A DNA stretch of 64,000 nt. Origin: Pseudomonadota bacterium. Its GTDB lineage: Bacteria; Pseudomonadota; Gammaproteobacteria; Steroidobacterales; Woeseiaceae. Below the pieces are notes generated by a model, which saw nothing but the letters and a program-made list of their open reading frames with translations, was not told the DNA's origin and made no database searches. How positions within the stretch are numbered: position 1 is the first letter of the stretch; the number at the start of each line of letters is the position of its first letter. The DNA lies in contig JBCCNM010000002.1 in the NCBI GenBank assembly GCA_039025835.1, forward strand, positions 116 through 64,115, written 5' to 3'. Positions 17,586 through 25,617 of the stretch are shown here, piece after piece. A program made the translations under genes and the position numbers.

Positions 17586-19130
17586 ATGGAAAAGCCAGCA
17601 ACGGCGGTCGTAATTGGCAGTGGGTTTGGCGGTCTCGCGGCTGCTGTCCGGCTCGCCGCACGAGGCGTCAAGGTCACTGTTTGCGAGCGACTGGACGCCC
17701 CTGGCGGACGAGCCTACGTTTATCGCCAGGACGGCTATACCTTTGACGCCGGCCCCACGATCGTCACTGCACCGTTTCTTCTCGAGGAACTGTGGGAACT
17801 GTGCGGTAAACGCCTGTCCGACGATATCGATCTGCGCGAGCTGAACCCGTACTACACGATCCGCTTCGATGACGGCAGCCACTTCGACTACAGCGGTGAT
17901 CACGAAGCGATGAAGCGGGAAGTCGCCAAATTCAACCCGGACGATGTCAATGGTTACGAGCGCTTCCTGGAGGCCAGCGCATTGCTGTACAGGGTGGGTT
18001 TCGACAAGTTGCTGCACGTGTCGTTTGGCTCCTTCGCTCGCATGTTGAAGGTCCTGCCAGACCTGATACGCGCGCAATTCTATCGCTCCGTGCACAGTCT
18101 CGTGGCCAGCTACATAAAACATCCGAAACTCAGGCGCGTATTCAGTTTTCACCCGCTGCTGGTCGGCGGCAATCCGTTCAGCACGACCGCCGTTTATGCG
18201 TTGATCGCACAGCTTGAACGCAAGCACGGTGTGCATTTCGCGATGGGTGGTACAGGCGCTCTTATCAACGGCCTCGTCGGGCTGATCGAGTCCCAGGGTG
18301 GCACAATCCGGTACAACGCCTCGGTCAGTCAAATCGTCGTGGAAGGAACTCGCGCGGTCGGTGTAAAACTGGAGTCAGGCGAACAGCTTGACGCTGATAT
18401 CGTTGTATCCAATGCGGATTCGGCTACGACCTACAAACATCTGCTGGCGGATTTTCCCCGACGTCGCTGGACGGACAGAAAGCTGGAGCGTGCACGCTAC
18501 TCCATGAGCCTGTTCGTTTGGTATTTCGGAACCGATCGTCGCTACGATGACGTGCCACATCACATGATGCTTCTCGGTGAACGATACGAAGCCCTGCTAA
18601 CGGATATTTTTAAGCGTAAGCACCTGGCTGAAGACTTTAGCCTGTATCTTCACCGCCCCACAGCAACGGATACGTCTCTGGCACCGGAAGGTTGCGATGC
18701 GTTCTACGTACTGTCGCCGGTGCCGCATCTGGACAGCGGTGACGACTGGAATCAGATCGCAGATCAATACCGGCAAAAGGTCCAGGAGGCTCTCCAAGAC
18801 ACCGTTCTACCGGAGCTCGAACAGCACATCGCAGCCTCGCACATGCTAACACCGCTGGATTTTCGGGAACGTTTGTTTTCGGTCAAGGGTGCTGCATTCG
18901 GCCTGGAACCTGTCCTGACCCAAACGGCCTGGTTTCGACCGCACAATCAGAGTGAGGAAGTTGATGGCCTTTACATCGTCGGTGCCGGTACGCATCCGGG
19001 TGCCGGTCTTCCTGGCGTAATCTCTTCGGCCAAAGTCCTGGACGATGTTATCCCGGGGCTTAGCGGACAGAGCCAGCCAAGTCCTGCGCAATGCTCTCCG
19101 CAGCAAGTCGACCCGACAGGGCTGTCATAG
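17586..19130 (+). CDS. crtI: phytoene desaturase
   Basis: 514 aa. N-terminal AVVIGSGFGGLAAAVRLAARG, ..FDAGPTIVTAP.. and C-terminal LYIVGAGTHPGAGLPGVISSAK are hallmark CrtI motifs. Confidence 0.92.
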   Translation: MEKPATAVVIGSGFGGLAAAVRLAARGVKVTVCERLDAPGGRAYVYRQDGYTFDAGPTIVTAPFLLEELWELCGKRLSDDIDLRELNPYYTIRFDDGSHFDYSGDHEAMKREVAKFNPDDVNGYERFLEASALLYRVGFDKLLHVSFGSFARMLKVLPDLIRAQFYRSVHSLVASYIKHPKLRRVFSFHPLLVGGNPFSTTAVYALIAQLERKHGVHFAMGGTGALINGLVGLIESQGGTIRYNASVSQIVVEGTRAVGVKLESGEQLDADIVVSNADSATTYKHLLADFPRRRWTDRKLERARYSMSLFVWYFGTDRRYDDVPHHMMLLGERYEALLTDIFKRKHLAEDFSLYLHRPTATDTSLAPEGCDAFYVLSPVPHLDSGDDWNQIADQYRQKVQEALQDTVLPELEQHIAASHMLTPLDFRERLFSVKGAAFGLEPVLTQTAWFRPHNQSEEVDGLYIVGAGTHPGAGLPGVISSAKVLDDVIPGLSGQSQPSPAQCSPQQVDPTGLS

Positions 19131-20556
19131 GGACGCCCGGCCCCGGATGAACCGTACCACCGGCGAAATACAAACCGGGCTGCTTTGAACGACTGCCACC
19201 GCGCCGAAAAGAGCCGGCCCACCCATGTGTGGGCCAACCGTAAATCGCGCCCTCACTGCCTGGAAACCTGACGGCGAAATCCTGAGGTGCAGTCAGCGTA
19301 GCCTCGGCGGTATCGATATGTAGTCCATGACGATTCAGCAGACCAAACACACGGTCCTCAAAAACGCTGATCTCATCGTTCGACAGTCGCCTTGGGGGTG
19401 CATTCATCAAAACAAAAAGGCGCTCTGTACTTTCATCCCCGCGTTGCGGGCCGATGTCGCTGCCGGTCATCGGTCGATCTTGTGCACACACATAAAGTGT
19501 CGGTTCGTCACAGACCTGCTGCTGATCAAAGATCGCTGCAAACTCCGCACGATAGTCCCCTCCGAAAAACACAGTGTGATACTGCAGCGGAAAACCGCTG
19601 GCTCGCGCGCTTAGACTCCAGGTCAACGCGGACAGCGAACGCGCCTCCTTTCTGCGATCCGGTACAGCACGCGTCAATGCGTCGCCGAGCAAGCCCGCTG
19701 ACAAGGCATTGATATCTCCATTGAAGACCACCGCTGCAGCATCTATCGACTCACCGCTTTCCAGCAATACGCCCTGCACTTTTCCGCGCCTGAGACGTAT
19801 TTCATCGACGCGTTCACCCAATCGGACGCTGACACCACGCTCCGCCGCGAGTTTCGCGAGCGCGTCGGCGAATCGCTGCATGCCACCTTTAACCGCCCAA
19901 ACCCCCGCTTGCTCAGCATGGGCGATCAGCATCAGGGTCGCTGGTGATGCCATCGGCGACGAACCACAGTAAGTCGCGTAGCGGGCGAAAAGCTGGCGCA
20001 ACCTGGGGTCCGTAAAGACTCTCCCAAGTTCATCCCACAAGGAAACAAAGGGCTTTGTCTCGAGCAGTCGCCGTGGATGCCGCAGGCCAACGTTGACAGT
20101 CAAGCCAGCCAGTGTTGGCCTTTGCGTCTGCATGAAACCTGCGTCAAGCGTATCGAATACCCGTGCAGTTTTGTCTGTAAACTTCCGGTACGCCTGCGCG
20201 TCAGATTGACCGGCAAAATCGCGAATCGCCTCGATGGAACGATCCACATCAGCAAACAAATCAAGAGAGCTGCCGTCCAGCCAGCTGTGGCGAGCGAGAC
20301 AGTCCGCCTGCTGAAGATCGACAATGTCATCCAGCGTGGTACCCAGCTTGTCCATCAAGGCGTCGAACACCCAGCGCATGGTAAAAACGGTAGGCCCGGA
20401 GTCCACGCCGCCGCTGGACGTCGCCACCTCCCTCATCTTTCCGCCGGGCTGGTCATGCTGCTCGATCAATGACACATCGAAACCGCGCGAGACGAGTTCA
20501 AGTGAGGCCGTTAGTCCGCCGATCCCCGCGCCCACGACAACGACGTTGTTCTTCAT
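19060..20556 (-). CDS. crtD: 1-hydroxycarotenoid 3,4-desaturase (methoxyneurosporene dehydrogenase)
   Basis: 498 aa CrtI-family flavoprotein. VVVVGAGIGGLTASLEL, FARYATYCGSSP and YFAGGTVHPGPGVPMTALSG match the CrtD branch. PGC context supports the call. Confidence 0.8.
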   Translation of the reverse strand: MKNNVVVVGAGIGGLTASLELVSRGFDVSLIEQHDQPGGKMREVATSSGGVDSGPTVFTMRWVFDALMDKLGTTLDDIVDLQQADCLARHSWLDGSSLDLFADVDRSIEAIRDFAGQSDAQAYRKFTDKTARVFDTLDAGFMQTQRPTLAGLTVNVGLRHPRRLLETKPFVSLWDELGRVFTDPRLRQLFARYATYCGSSPMASPATLMLIAHAEQAGVWAVKGGMQRFADALAKLAAERGVSVRLGERVDEIRLRRGKVQGVLLESGESIDAAAVVFNGDINALSAGLLGDALTRAVPDRRKEARSLSALTWSLSARASGFPLQYHTVFFGGDYRAEFAAIFDQQQVCDEPTLYVCAQDRPMTGSDIGPQRGDESTERLFVLMNAPPRRLSNDEISVFEDRVFGLLNRHGLHIDTAEATLTAPQDFAVRFPGSEGAIYGWPTHGWAGSFRRGGSRSKQPGLYFAGGTVHPGPGVPMTALSGRLAAESIAQDLAGSVR

Positions 20557-21980
20557 GCGCTAAGGCGCACCGCTTCAACGCGACGTAGCCGACAGATTAT
20601 CTGCTCGGCCGGTCTCGTCGTCAGCCGTGAAACGGGTCGCACTAACCCGGGAGACTCCACATCGACGTCATAGCGCCGCAGCAGTGAGGCAAGAATCAGG
20701 CCTGCCTCGATCGTTGCAAATGCCGCGCCCACGCAGACCCTGGGTCCGGAACCGAATGACATCAAAACACCTTTGTCGTCCGCTCGATCGAATCGATCCG
20801 GATCAAAACACGCTGCGTTGCGCCACAGTAGCTCGCTGCGATGGGAGGTCCACGGCGAAATCATGATCATCGCACCGCGCTTGACCTGCAGATCGCCAAC
20901 GCGTGTCGATTCTGCCGCCACGCGCGGAATAAAGGTGATCGGCGGATAAAGCCGTAACGCCTCGCGAAACACGTTTCTTACCAACGGCAATTGCTTGACG
21001 TGTCGAAACTCGATCGGGCCGTCACCGACAGCCCCGGCGATCTCATCTCGCAGTCGTCGAACCATTTCGGGATGCTGGGCGAGAATAAAAAATGCCCAGG
21101 TCAAAGCGCTGGCCGTTGTCTCATGCCCGGCGAGGAAAAACACGCCAAGCTGATCGATGAGTTCCTCGCGCGTGAAGCCTTTGCCCGTGGACTCGTCGCG
21201 AGCCTGAATGACGGCTGAGACAATATCGTCATGCGCATCCGGATTTTCCAATCGCGGATCAACCAGGTCACCGATGTGACGACGAATACGTTCACAGGCC
21301 AGGAGCACACGATCCGGTTGCTTCACGTCTGCCCACGGTTTACCGAATATCAGCTGACCGACATTCACACTCGCGACGCTGCGCTCAAAGTCAGCAAAGG
21401 CATCAAACACTTCTCTCGCCGTTTCCTCGGCCAGCGGGACCGAGAACACCGTTCGACAGATCACATCGGCGGTCAATTCGCTCATGGCGAAATCCAGCGA
21501 GAACGCCTCACCGGACGCGGCCCGTGCGTCCAGTTTTTTTATGTAGTGATTCACGGCATCGGACATGGAGCTAAAGGCCGCACCGATGCGCATGTGCGAG
21601 AACGCAGGGTCTATCATCGCCCTTTGGCGTCGCCACTTCTCTCCGCTGGACACGAAAATCGAATCGCCAACCAGTGGCGCAAGCGCACCCACCATCAGGT
21701 CGTTCTTGGGAAAGACATCCAGCGGATCTGTTGCGAGCTGTTTGGCGAGCTCGGGGTCATTGACCAGCTTTATTGATCGTCGCGAATAGCCGAGTGTCGT
21801 GAACGGTTTGCTGTAGGCCTCAGCCGGAACCAGACTCAGCAGGTCCCCGTCACCCTGACGCATTACCCGCAGCAACGACCGCAACGGTGTCAGTGGTTTT
21901 GGTGCCGGCGGTCGAAACAGTCCCTCGCTGCCTCGCACTGACGTTTCGTTTTGATCTCCCACACAACGTATTATAAGCAA
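20553..21980 (-). CDS. cytochrome P450
   Basis: I-helix FFLAGHETTASAL, EALRLYPP (ExxR) and the heme-thiolate loop FGSGPRVCVGAAFA are present. The stop overlaps the crtD ATG (ATGA). The TTG start is uncertain. Confidence 0.9.
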   Translation of the reverse strand: MLIIRCVGDQNETSVRGSEGLFRPPAPKPLTPLRSLLRVMRQGDGDLLSLVPAEAYSKPFTTLGYSRRSIKLVNDPELAKQLATDPLDVFPKNDLMVGALAPLVGDSIFVSSGEKWRRQRAMIDPAFSHMRIGAAFSSMSDAVNHYIKKLDARAASGEAFSLDFAMSELTADVICRTVFSVPLAEETAREVFDAFADFERSVASVNVGQLIFGKPWADVKQPDRVLLACERIRRHIGDLVDPRLENPDAHDDIVSAVIQARDESTGKGFTREELIDQLGVFFLAGHETTASALTWAFFILAQHPEMVRRLRDEIAGAVGDGPIEFRHVKQLPLVRNVFREALRLYPPITFIPRVAAESTRVGDLQVKRGAMIMISPWTSHRSELLWRNAACFDPDRFDRADDKGVLMSFGSGPRVCVGAAFATIEAGLILASLLRRYDVDVESPGLVRPVSRLTTRPAEQIICRLRRVEAVRLSA

Positions 21981-21992
21981 TGACGAGAGTGT

Positions 21993-23153
21993 TTGGCCTG
22001 CATCCAGGGGACAGATATCAAGAGTGTTTTGCTGACGTCAGGCCGTCTTCCGGTCAGTCTCGAATTGGCACGAGCGTTTCATGCAGCCGGCTGGCGAATC
22101 GTGGTCGCCGACCCGTGGCCCATGCATCTCTGCCGCATGTCAAGCTGCGTCGCGGTGACAGTCGACTTACCGGCACCACAGGACAATCCTGAGCACTTTG
22201 CCGCGACCCTCGAAAAACGATGCGTCGACCATGACATCGATTTGGTGGTACCGGTATCCGAAGAAACGCCCTACGTCGCCGCGCTGCGCGAACGCGCCGT
22301 TCCGGTGTTCACATCAGCGCCGGACACGGTGCTGACACTGCATGACAAACTGGGCTTTATCCGTCGCGCCGCACAGGCCGAACTTTCGGTCCCCGCGACG
22401 GTGAGAGCAGACCACGATAGCAAGACCATTCGCCAGACCGCTTTCGTCAGAAAACCGCGCTTTTCCTGTTCCGGCCGCGACGTCAGCTTTCATGCTGCCG
22501 GCAGCGACGTCCAGGAGGACTCGGCTTTCATTGTCCAGCAGCGCATCGAAGGAGACGCCATCAATGTGTTCGGCATCGCAGTAGACGGAGTGCTGCGGCT
22601 GTCGTCGGCTTATCGGGGCCGACTCGTCGACGGCAGTGTGGCCATCGCGTTTGAGCGTGAAGAACAGGCGGATGCCTGCACGTCGTGGGCGTCTCGTTTT
22701 GTGGCAGCAACGGGCTACACCGGCCTGATTGCCTTCGATTTTATCGTCGACGATGACGGTATTGCCTGGCCGCTGGAATGCAATCCACGCGCCACCAGCG
22801 GTATTCATTTCCTGAACCCGGCAGCGATTGTCGCCGCGATCACCAACGATGAGCTGCCGATTGACCACGTCAAGCCCGTCACCCGCATGGCAGAAAAGTG
22901 GTCGTGCTTTACCCGCTATCTCGCCTCTCTGGGCACACGCGACGCCACGCGACAGGCCTGGCAGGTGCTCACCGGATTCAGCGATGTGAGCTGGCAACGC
23001 GATGATCCCTGGCCTTTTCTCGCCATGCCGTTCAACAGCTGGCGCATACTTCTGAAAAGCCGACAAAAAAACCACACTTTTGCGAGCGCGGCCGTCGCCG
23101 ATATCGAGTGGCGTCCCACCGAACGGGCCGGAGGTATGTGTGACGATCGTTGA
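21993..23153 (+). CDS. ATP-grasp domain protein
   Basis: 386 aa with a pre-ATP-grasp Rossmann-like N-terminus (VLLTSGRLPVSLELARAFHAAGWRIVVAD). The C-terminal half ..IAFDFIVDDDGIAWPLECNPRATSGIH.. is typical of ATP-grasp ligases. TTG start uncertain. Confidence 0.7.
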   Translation: MACIQGTDIKSVLLTSGRLPVSLELARAFHAAGWRIVVADPWPMHLCRMSSCVAVTVDLPAPQDNPEHFAATLEKRCVDHDIDLVVPVSEETPYVAALRERAVPVFTSAPDTVLTLHDKLGFIRRAAQAELSVPATVRADHDSKTIRQTAFVRKPRFSCSGRDVSFHAAGSDVQEDSAFIVQQRIEGDAINVFGIAVDGVLRLSSAYRGRLVDGSVAIAFEREEQADACTSWASRFVAATGYTGLIAFDFIVDDDGIAWPLECNPRATSGIHFLNPAAIVAAITNDELPIDHVKPVTRMAEKWSCFTRYLASLGTRDATRQAWQVLTGFSDVSWQRDDPWPFLAMPFNSWRILLKSRQKNHTFASAAVADIEWRPTERAGGMCDDR

Positions 23154-24153
23154 TGAGCGCGGACCGCTGCAGATTCGACGAAGCCAAACCCTCGAAGCGG
23201 CGTTCGCTGACTTGCTGTCGCGTACGCGTTTCGGCACGCACAAGCTGACCTATCGGCGACGTCGTGTGTCCGAGTCTCTGACGCGTCTGTCCAATACCCA
23301 CTATTTCAGTCTGTACGACGGAGACCATCTTGTCGGTGGATACGCCTTGACGCCGACCGACATCATCAGGGATACGGCAACACACAAGGCGCTTTATCGT
23401 CACGCACTGTTTGTCGATGACCGCTACCAGCAGCGGGGGTTGGGACACTGGCTGGTCAATGCCGCGCTGGACGCGGCAACAGACAACATTGAGTTCAGCT
23501 TTGGCAGCATTGAACTTGGCAATCGACGCTCGTCGGCTGTCGTCGACAAAGGTTCAGCCTGCACAATCGGTCACCTGCGATCCGAGCTGATTTACCGACA
23601 GTGGACGCGACGTTCTGCGTTGGTCGCATTCAACCCGGAGGAAGCACTCATCCGCGCGGCGGTAGACGACAGTGAATCAGACTGCACTTACCGTTTTGCA
23701 AGCCGTCGTGATGCGCCCTACTACGGTGTGCTGCTCGACGGACAGCTCGCTGCCGGCGCGAGTGCACGTCTCAACAGCCTGGACCTTCGATCGCCGGGGC
23801 CCGGTATCGGCCGGGCCTATGCATCACTGGTCCGATTTTTGCCAGCAGCGAGACGCCGTTTCGACCCCGCCGACTTCCGCTTCGTCAGCCTGTCCGATGT
23901 CGTCGTGGCTGCAAACAGCGGCAACGCCTGGAATGCGCTTGTCAGTCACATCCTGTATGAGTTTGGCGCGCACATGGCCGGCGTCACCCTCGATCCACGA
24001 CGCATTGCCTACCAGCGCCTGTGCGATCTCGGACTGCTGGGACGATTCGCTCGTGCTACGCGTGAAGAGTTTAAGTTGGTGGCGAGGCCACATTCGTCTG
24101 CCGCGCCCTCGCTCGACTCTGCCATCAGTGGACTCGTCCCGCTGGACATGTAG
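23140..24153 (+). CDS. GNAT-like N-acyltransferase domain protein with an uncharacterised C-terminal domain
   Basis: GTG 23140 is preceded by GGAGGT and overlaps the ATP-grasp stop by 14 nt. HALFVDDRYQQRGLGHWLVNAAL matches GNAT motif A (Q/RxxGxG/A). The remaining roughly 200 aa are not recognisable. Confidence 0.55.
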   Translation: MTIVDERGPLQIRRSQTLEAAFADLLSRTRFGTHKLTYRRRRVSESLTRLSNTHYFSLYDGDHLVGGYALTPTDIIRDTATHKALYRHALFVDDRYQQRGLGHWLVNAALDAATDNIEFSFGSIELGNRRSSAVVDKGSACTIGHLRSELIYRQWTRRSALVAFNPEEALIRAAVDDSESDCTYRFASRRDAPYYGVLLDGQLAAGASARLNSLDLRSPGPGIGRAYASLVRFLPAARRRFDPADFRFVSLSDVVVAANSGNAWNALVSHILYEFGAHMAGVTLDPRRIAYQRLCDLGLLGRFARATREEFKLVARPHSSAAPSLDSAISGLVPLDM

Positions 24154-24212
24154 GCCGCGACGCTGGCAACGTCTTACACTTACGCGGCGAATGCTGTTTC
24201 AGGATACCGGCT

Positions 24213-25094
24213 TTGACAAAGACACTTACGCCCGCAGTGAATGCTGAGCGAAAGCTTATCCAGTCGGATGGCCACGACATCAGTTACTACGTCGCCGGAA
24301 CGGGTGACCCGGTCTTGCTGGTCCACAGCATCAACGCAGCGGCCTCGGTTTTCGAAGTAAAACCTGTGTTCGAGGCGCTCGCGGCGGACTACCAGGTGTA
24401 CGCCCCGGATCTGCCGGGCTTCGGTTTTTCGGATCGCTCTGATCGCCGATACAGCATCGATCTGTATACCCAGGCCATCAGCGACATGCTTGAGACGATC
24501 GGCGGCGATAAACCAGTGCACGTACTCGGCTTGTCGCTTTCATCGGAGTTCGTTGCTCGCCAGGCAAGTCGCAGTCCGGAACGTATTCGCAGCCTTGCGC
24601 TGGTCTCACCGACCGGTTTTGATCGGGGTGCCAACCGACTACGAAGCGATGAGGGAGTCACTCGGGAAAACACCATCGCCGCAGGACTGACAGGCATCCC
24701 TGGCCTCCGATCCGGCCTGTTCGGGCTACTGGTTCGACCGGGTTCCGTGCGCTATTTCCTGAAACGCACATTCGGCTCAAACACCGTCGATGAAGCCCTT
24801 ACTCGCTACTGCATCCTGACAGCTGCCCAGCCCGGCGCAATGTATGCACCCCTGGCATTTATCTCCGGCCGACTGTTTTCCCGCGATATCCGGACCGTCT
24901 ACGAATCGCTGCAGATGCCGGTGTGGCTCGGCCACGGCATTCGCGGCGATTTCCAGGACTATTCGGAAACTGCCTGGACCGAGACGCGTCCCAACTGGAC
25001 AGTCCGGGAATTCAACACGGGCGCGATCCCCTACTTCGAAGACCCGAGTCGCTTCTTGACGGAATATCGGCGATTCCTCGCCGGAGTCGACTAG
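24213..25094 (+). CDS. alpha/beta-fold hydrolase
   Basis: 293 aa. TTG start with AGGA 7 nt upstream. PVLLVHSINAAA oxyanion region, nucleophile elbow HVLGLSLSSEF (GxSxS variant) and a C-terminal His region are present. Confidence 0.75.
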   Translation: MTKTLTPAVNAERKLIQSDGHDISYYVAGTGDPVLLVHSINAAASVFEVKPVFEALAADYQVYAPDLPGFGFSDRSDRRYSIDLYTQAISDMLETIGGDKPVHVLGLSLSSEFVARQASRSPERIRSLALVSPTGFDRGANRLRSDEGVTRENTIAAGLTGIPGLRSGLFGLLVRPGSVRYFLKRTFGSNTVDEALTRYCILTAAQPGAMYAPLAFISGRLFSRDIRTVYESLQMPVWLGHGIRGDFQDYSETAWTETRPNWTVREFNTGAIPYFEDPSRFLTEYRRFLAGVD

Positions 25095-25352
25095 CGTCAG
25101 GACGCATTGCAGCGTCGATCCAGCCGGACCGCAGCAACACACGAGAGATCGATTTGTCGCTGAAATTTGCGGACTTTTCTCAAATTTCGCCGAAATTCGC
25201 GGCAAGAAAGGCAGGAATAGCGTGTTTTTTCCACGTCAACCTAGAAAAGCCGGCAAACAGGTCTATGCTTGTCCACCGAGGCCCGACGGATGGTATCAAT
25301 GGTGATCCGGTCGTCAGGACGCTGACCTGATTGTCCGGTACGCAACGAAAAT

Positions 25353-25383
25353 GCGCGTCGCGACCGTTGCAGCCGCGACGCGC
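25353..25383 (-). terminator. intrinsic-terminator-like hairpin (distal copy) downstream of the puf operon
   Basis: Perfect 10-bp GC stem GCGCGTCGCG/CGCGACGCGC with an 11-nt loop. On the minus strand it is followed by ATTTTCGTT. Confidence 0.6.
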
Positions 25384-25569
25384 AATGCTAACTGTCCGGT
25401 TCAGGGTTTCGCGAGGGATGGATACGCTGTATTCGCGCCGGTTCTGCTTAAGAAGCGAGGTGAGACCGCAGTGGGCGGTCGGGCAACGAGCTTCTTGCAC
25501 ATAACCGAGATCCGTCTCCAGACAGTTCGCGGGGTTCGTTCTGTCGCACTCTCCGTTGGTTGAGAGAAG

Positions 25570-25600
25570 GCGCGTCGCGACCATTGCGGCCGCGACGCGC
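25570..25600 (-). terminator. GC-rich stem-loop (proximal copy), weak terminator or RNA-stabilising/processing hairpin
   Basis: Same perfect 10-bp stem. On the minus strand it is followed by CTTCTCTCAACC, which is pyrimidine-rich but not a U-tract. Confidence 0.45.
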
Positions 25601-25617
25601 AAAGCTAACCGTCCAGG

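Noticed and set aside
17526-18332. 268-aa minus-strand ORF opposite crtI; likewise 59162-60286 opposite the Bch2 MFS gene and 22314-23243 opposite the ATP-grasp gene
   Set aside because: These are shadow ORFs antisense to genes with clear motifs. None has a domain signature.
25162-25202. Three short direct repeats, GAAATTTGCGG / CAAATTTCGCCG / GAAATTCGCGG
   Set aside because: They are too short and degenerate to distinguish from chance in a lower-GC spacer. No known motif matched.
25180-25602. 140-aa minus-strand ORF spanning repeat unit 1
   Set aside because: There is no SD or coupling. It reads the conserved repeat block in a different frame from the ORF over unit 2, so the conservation is not protein-level. 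It also crosses a terminator-like hairpin.
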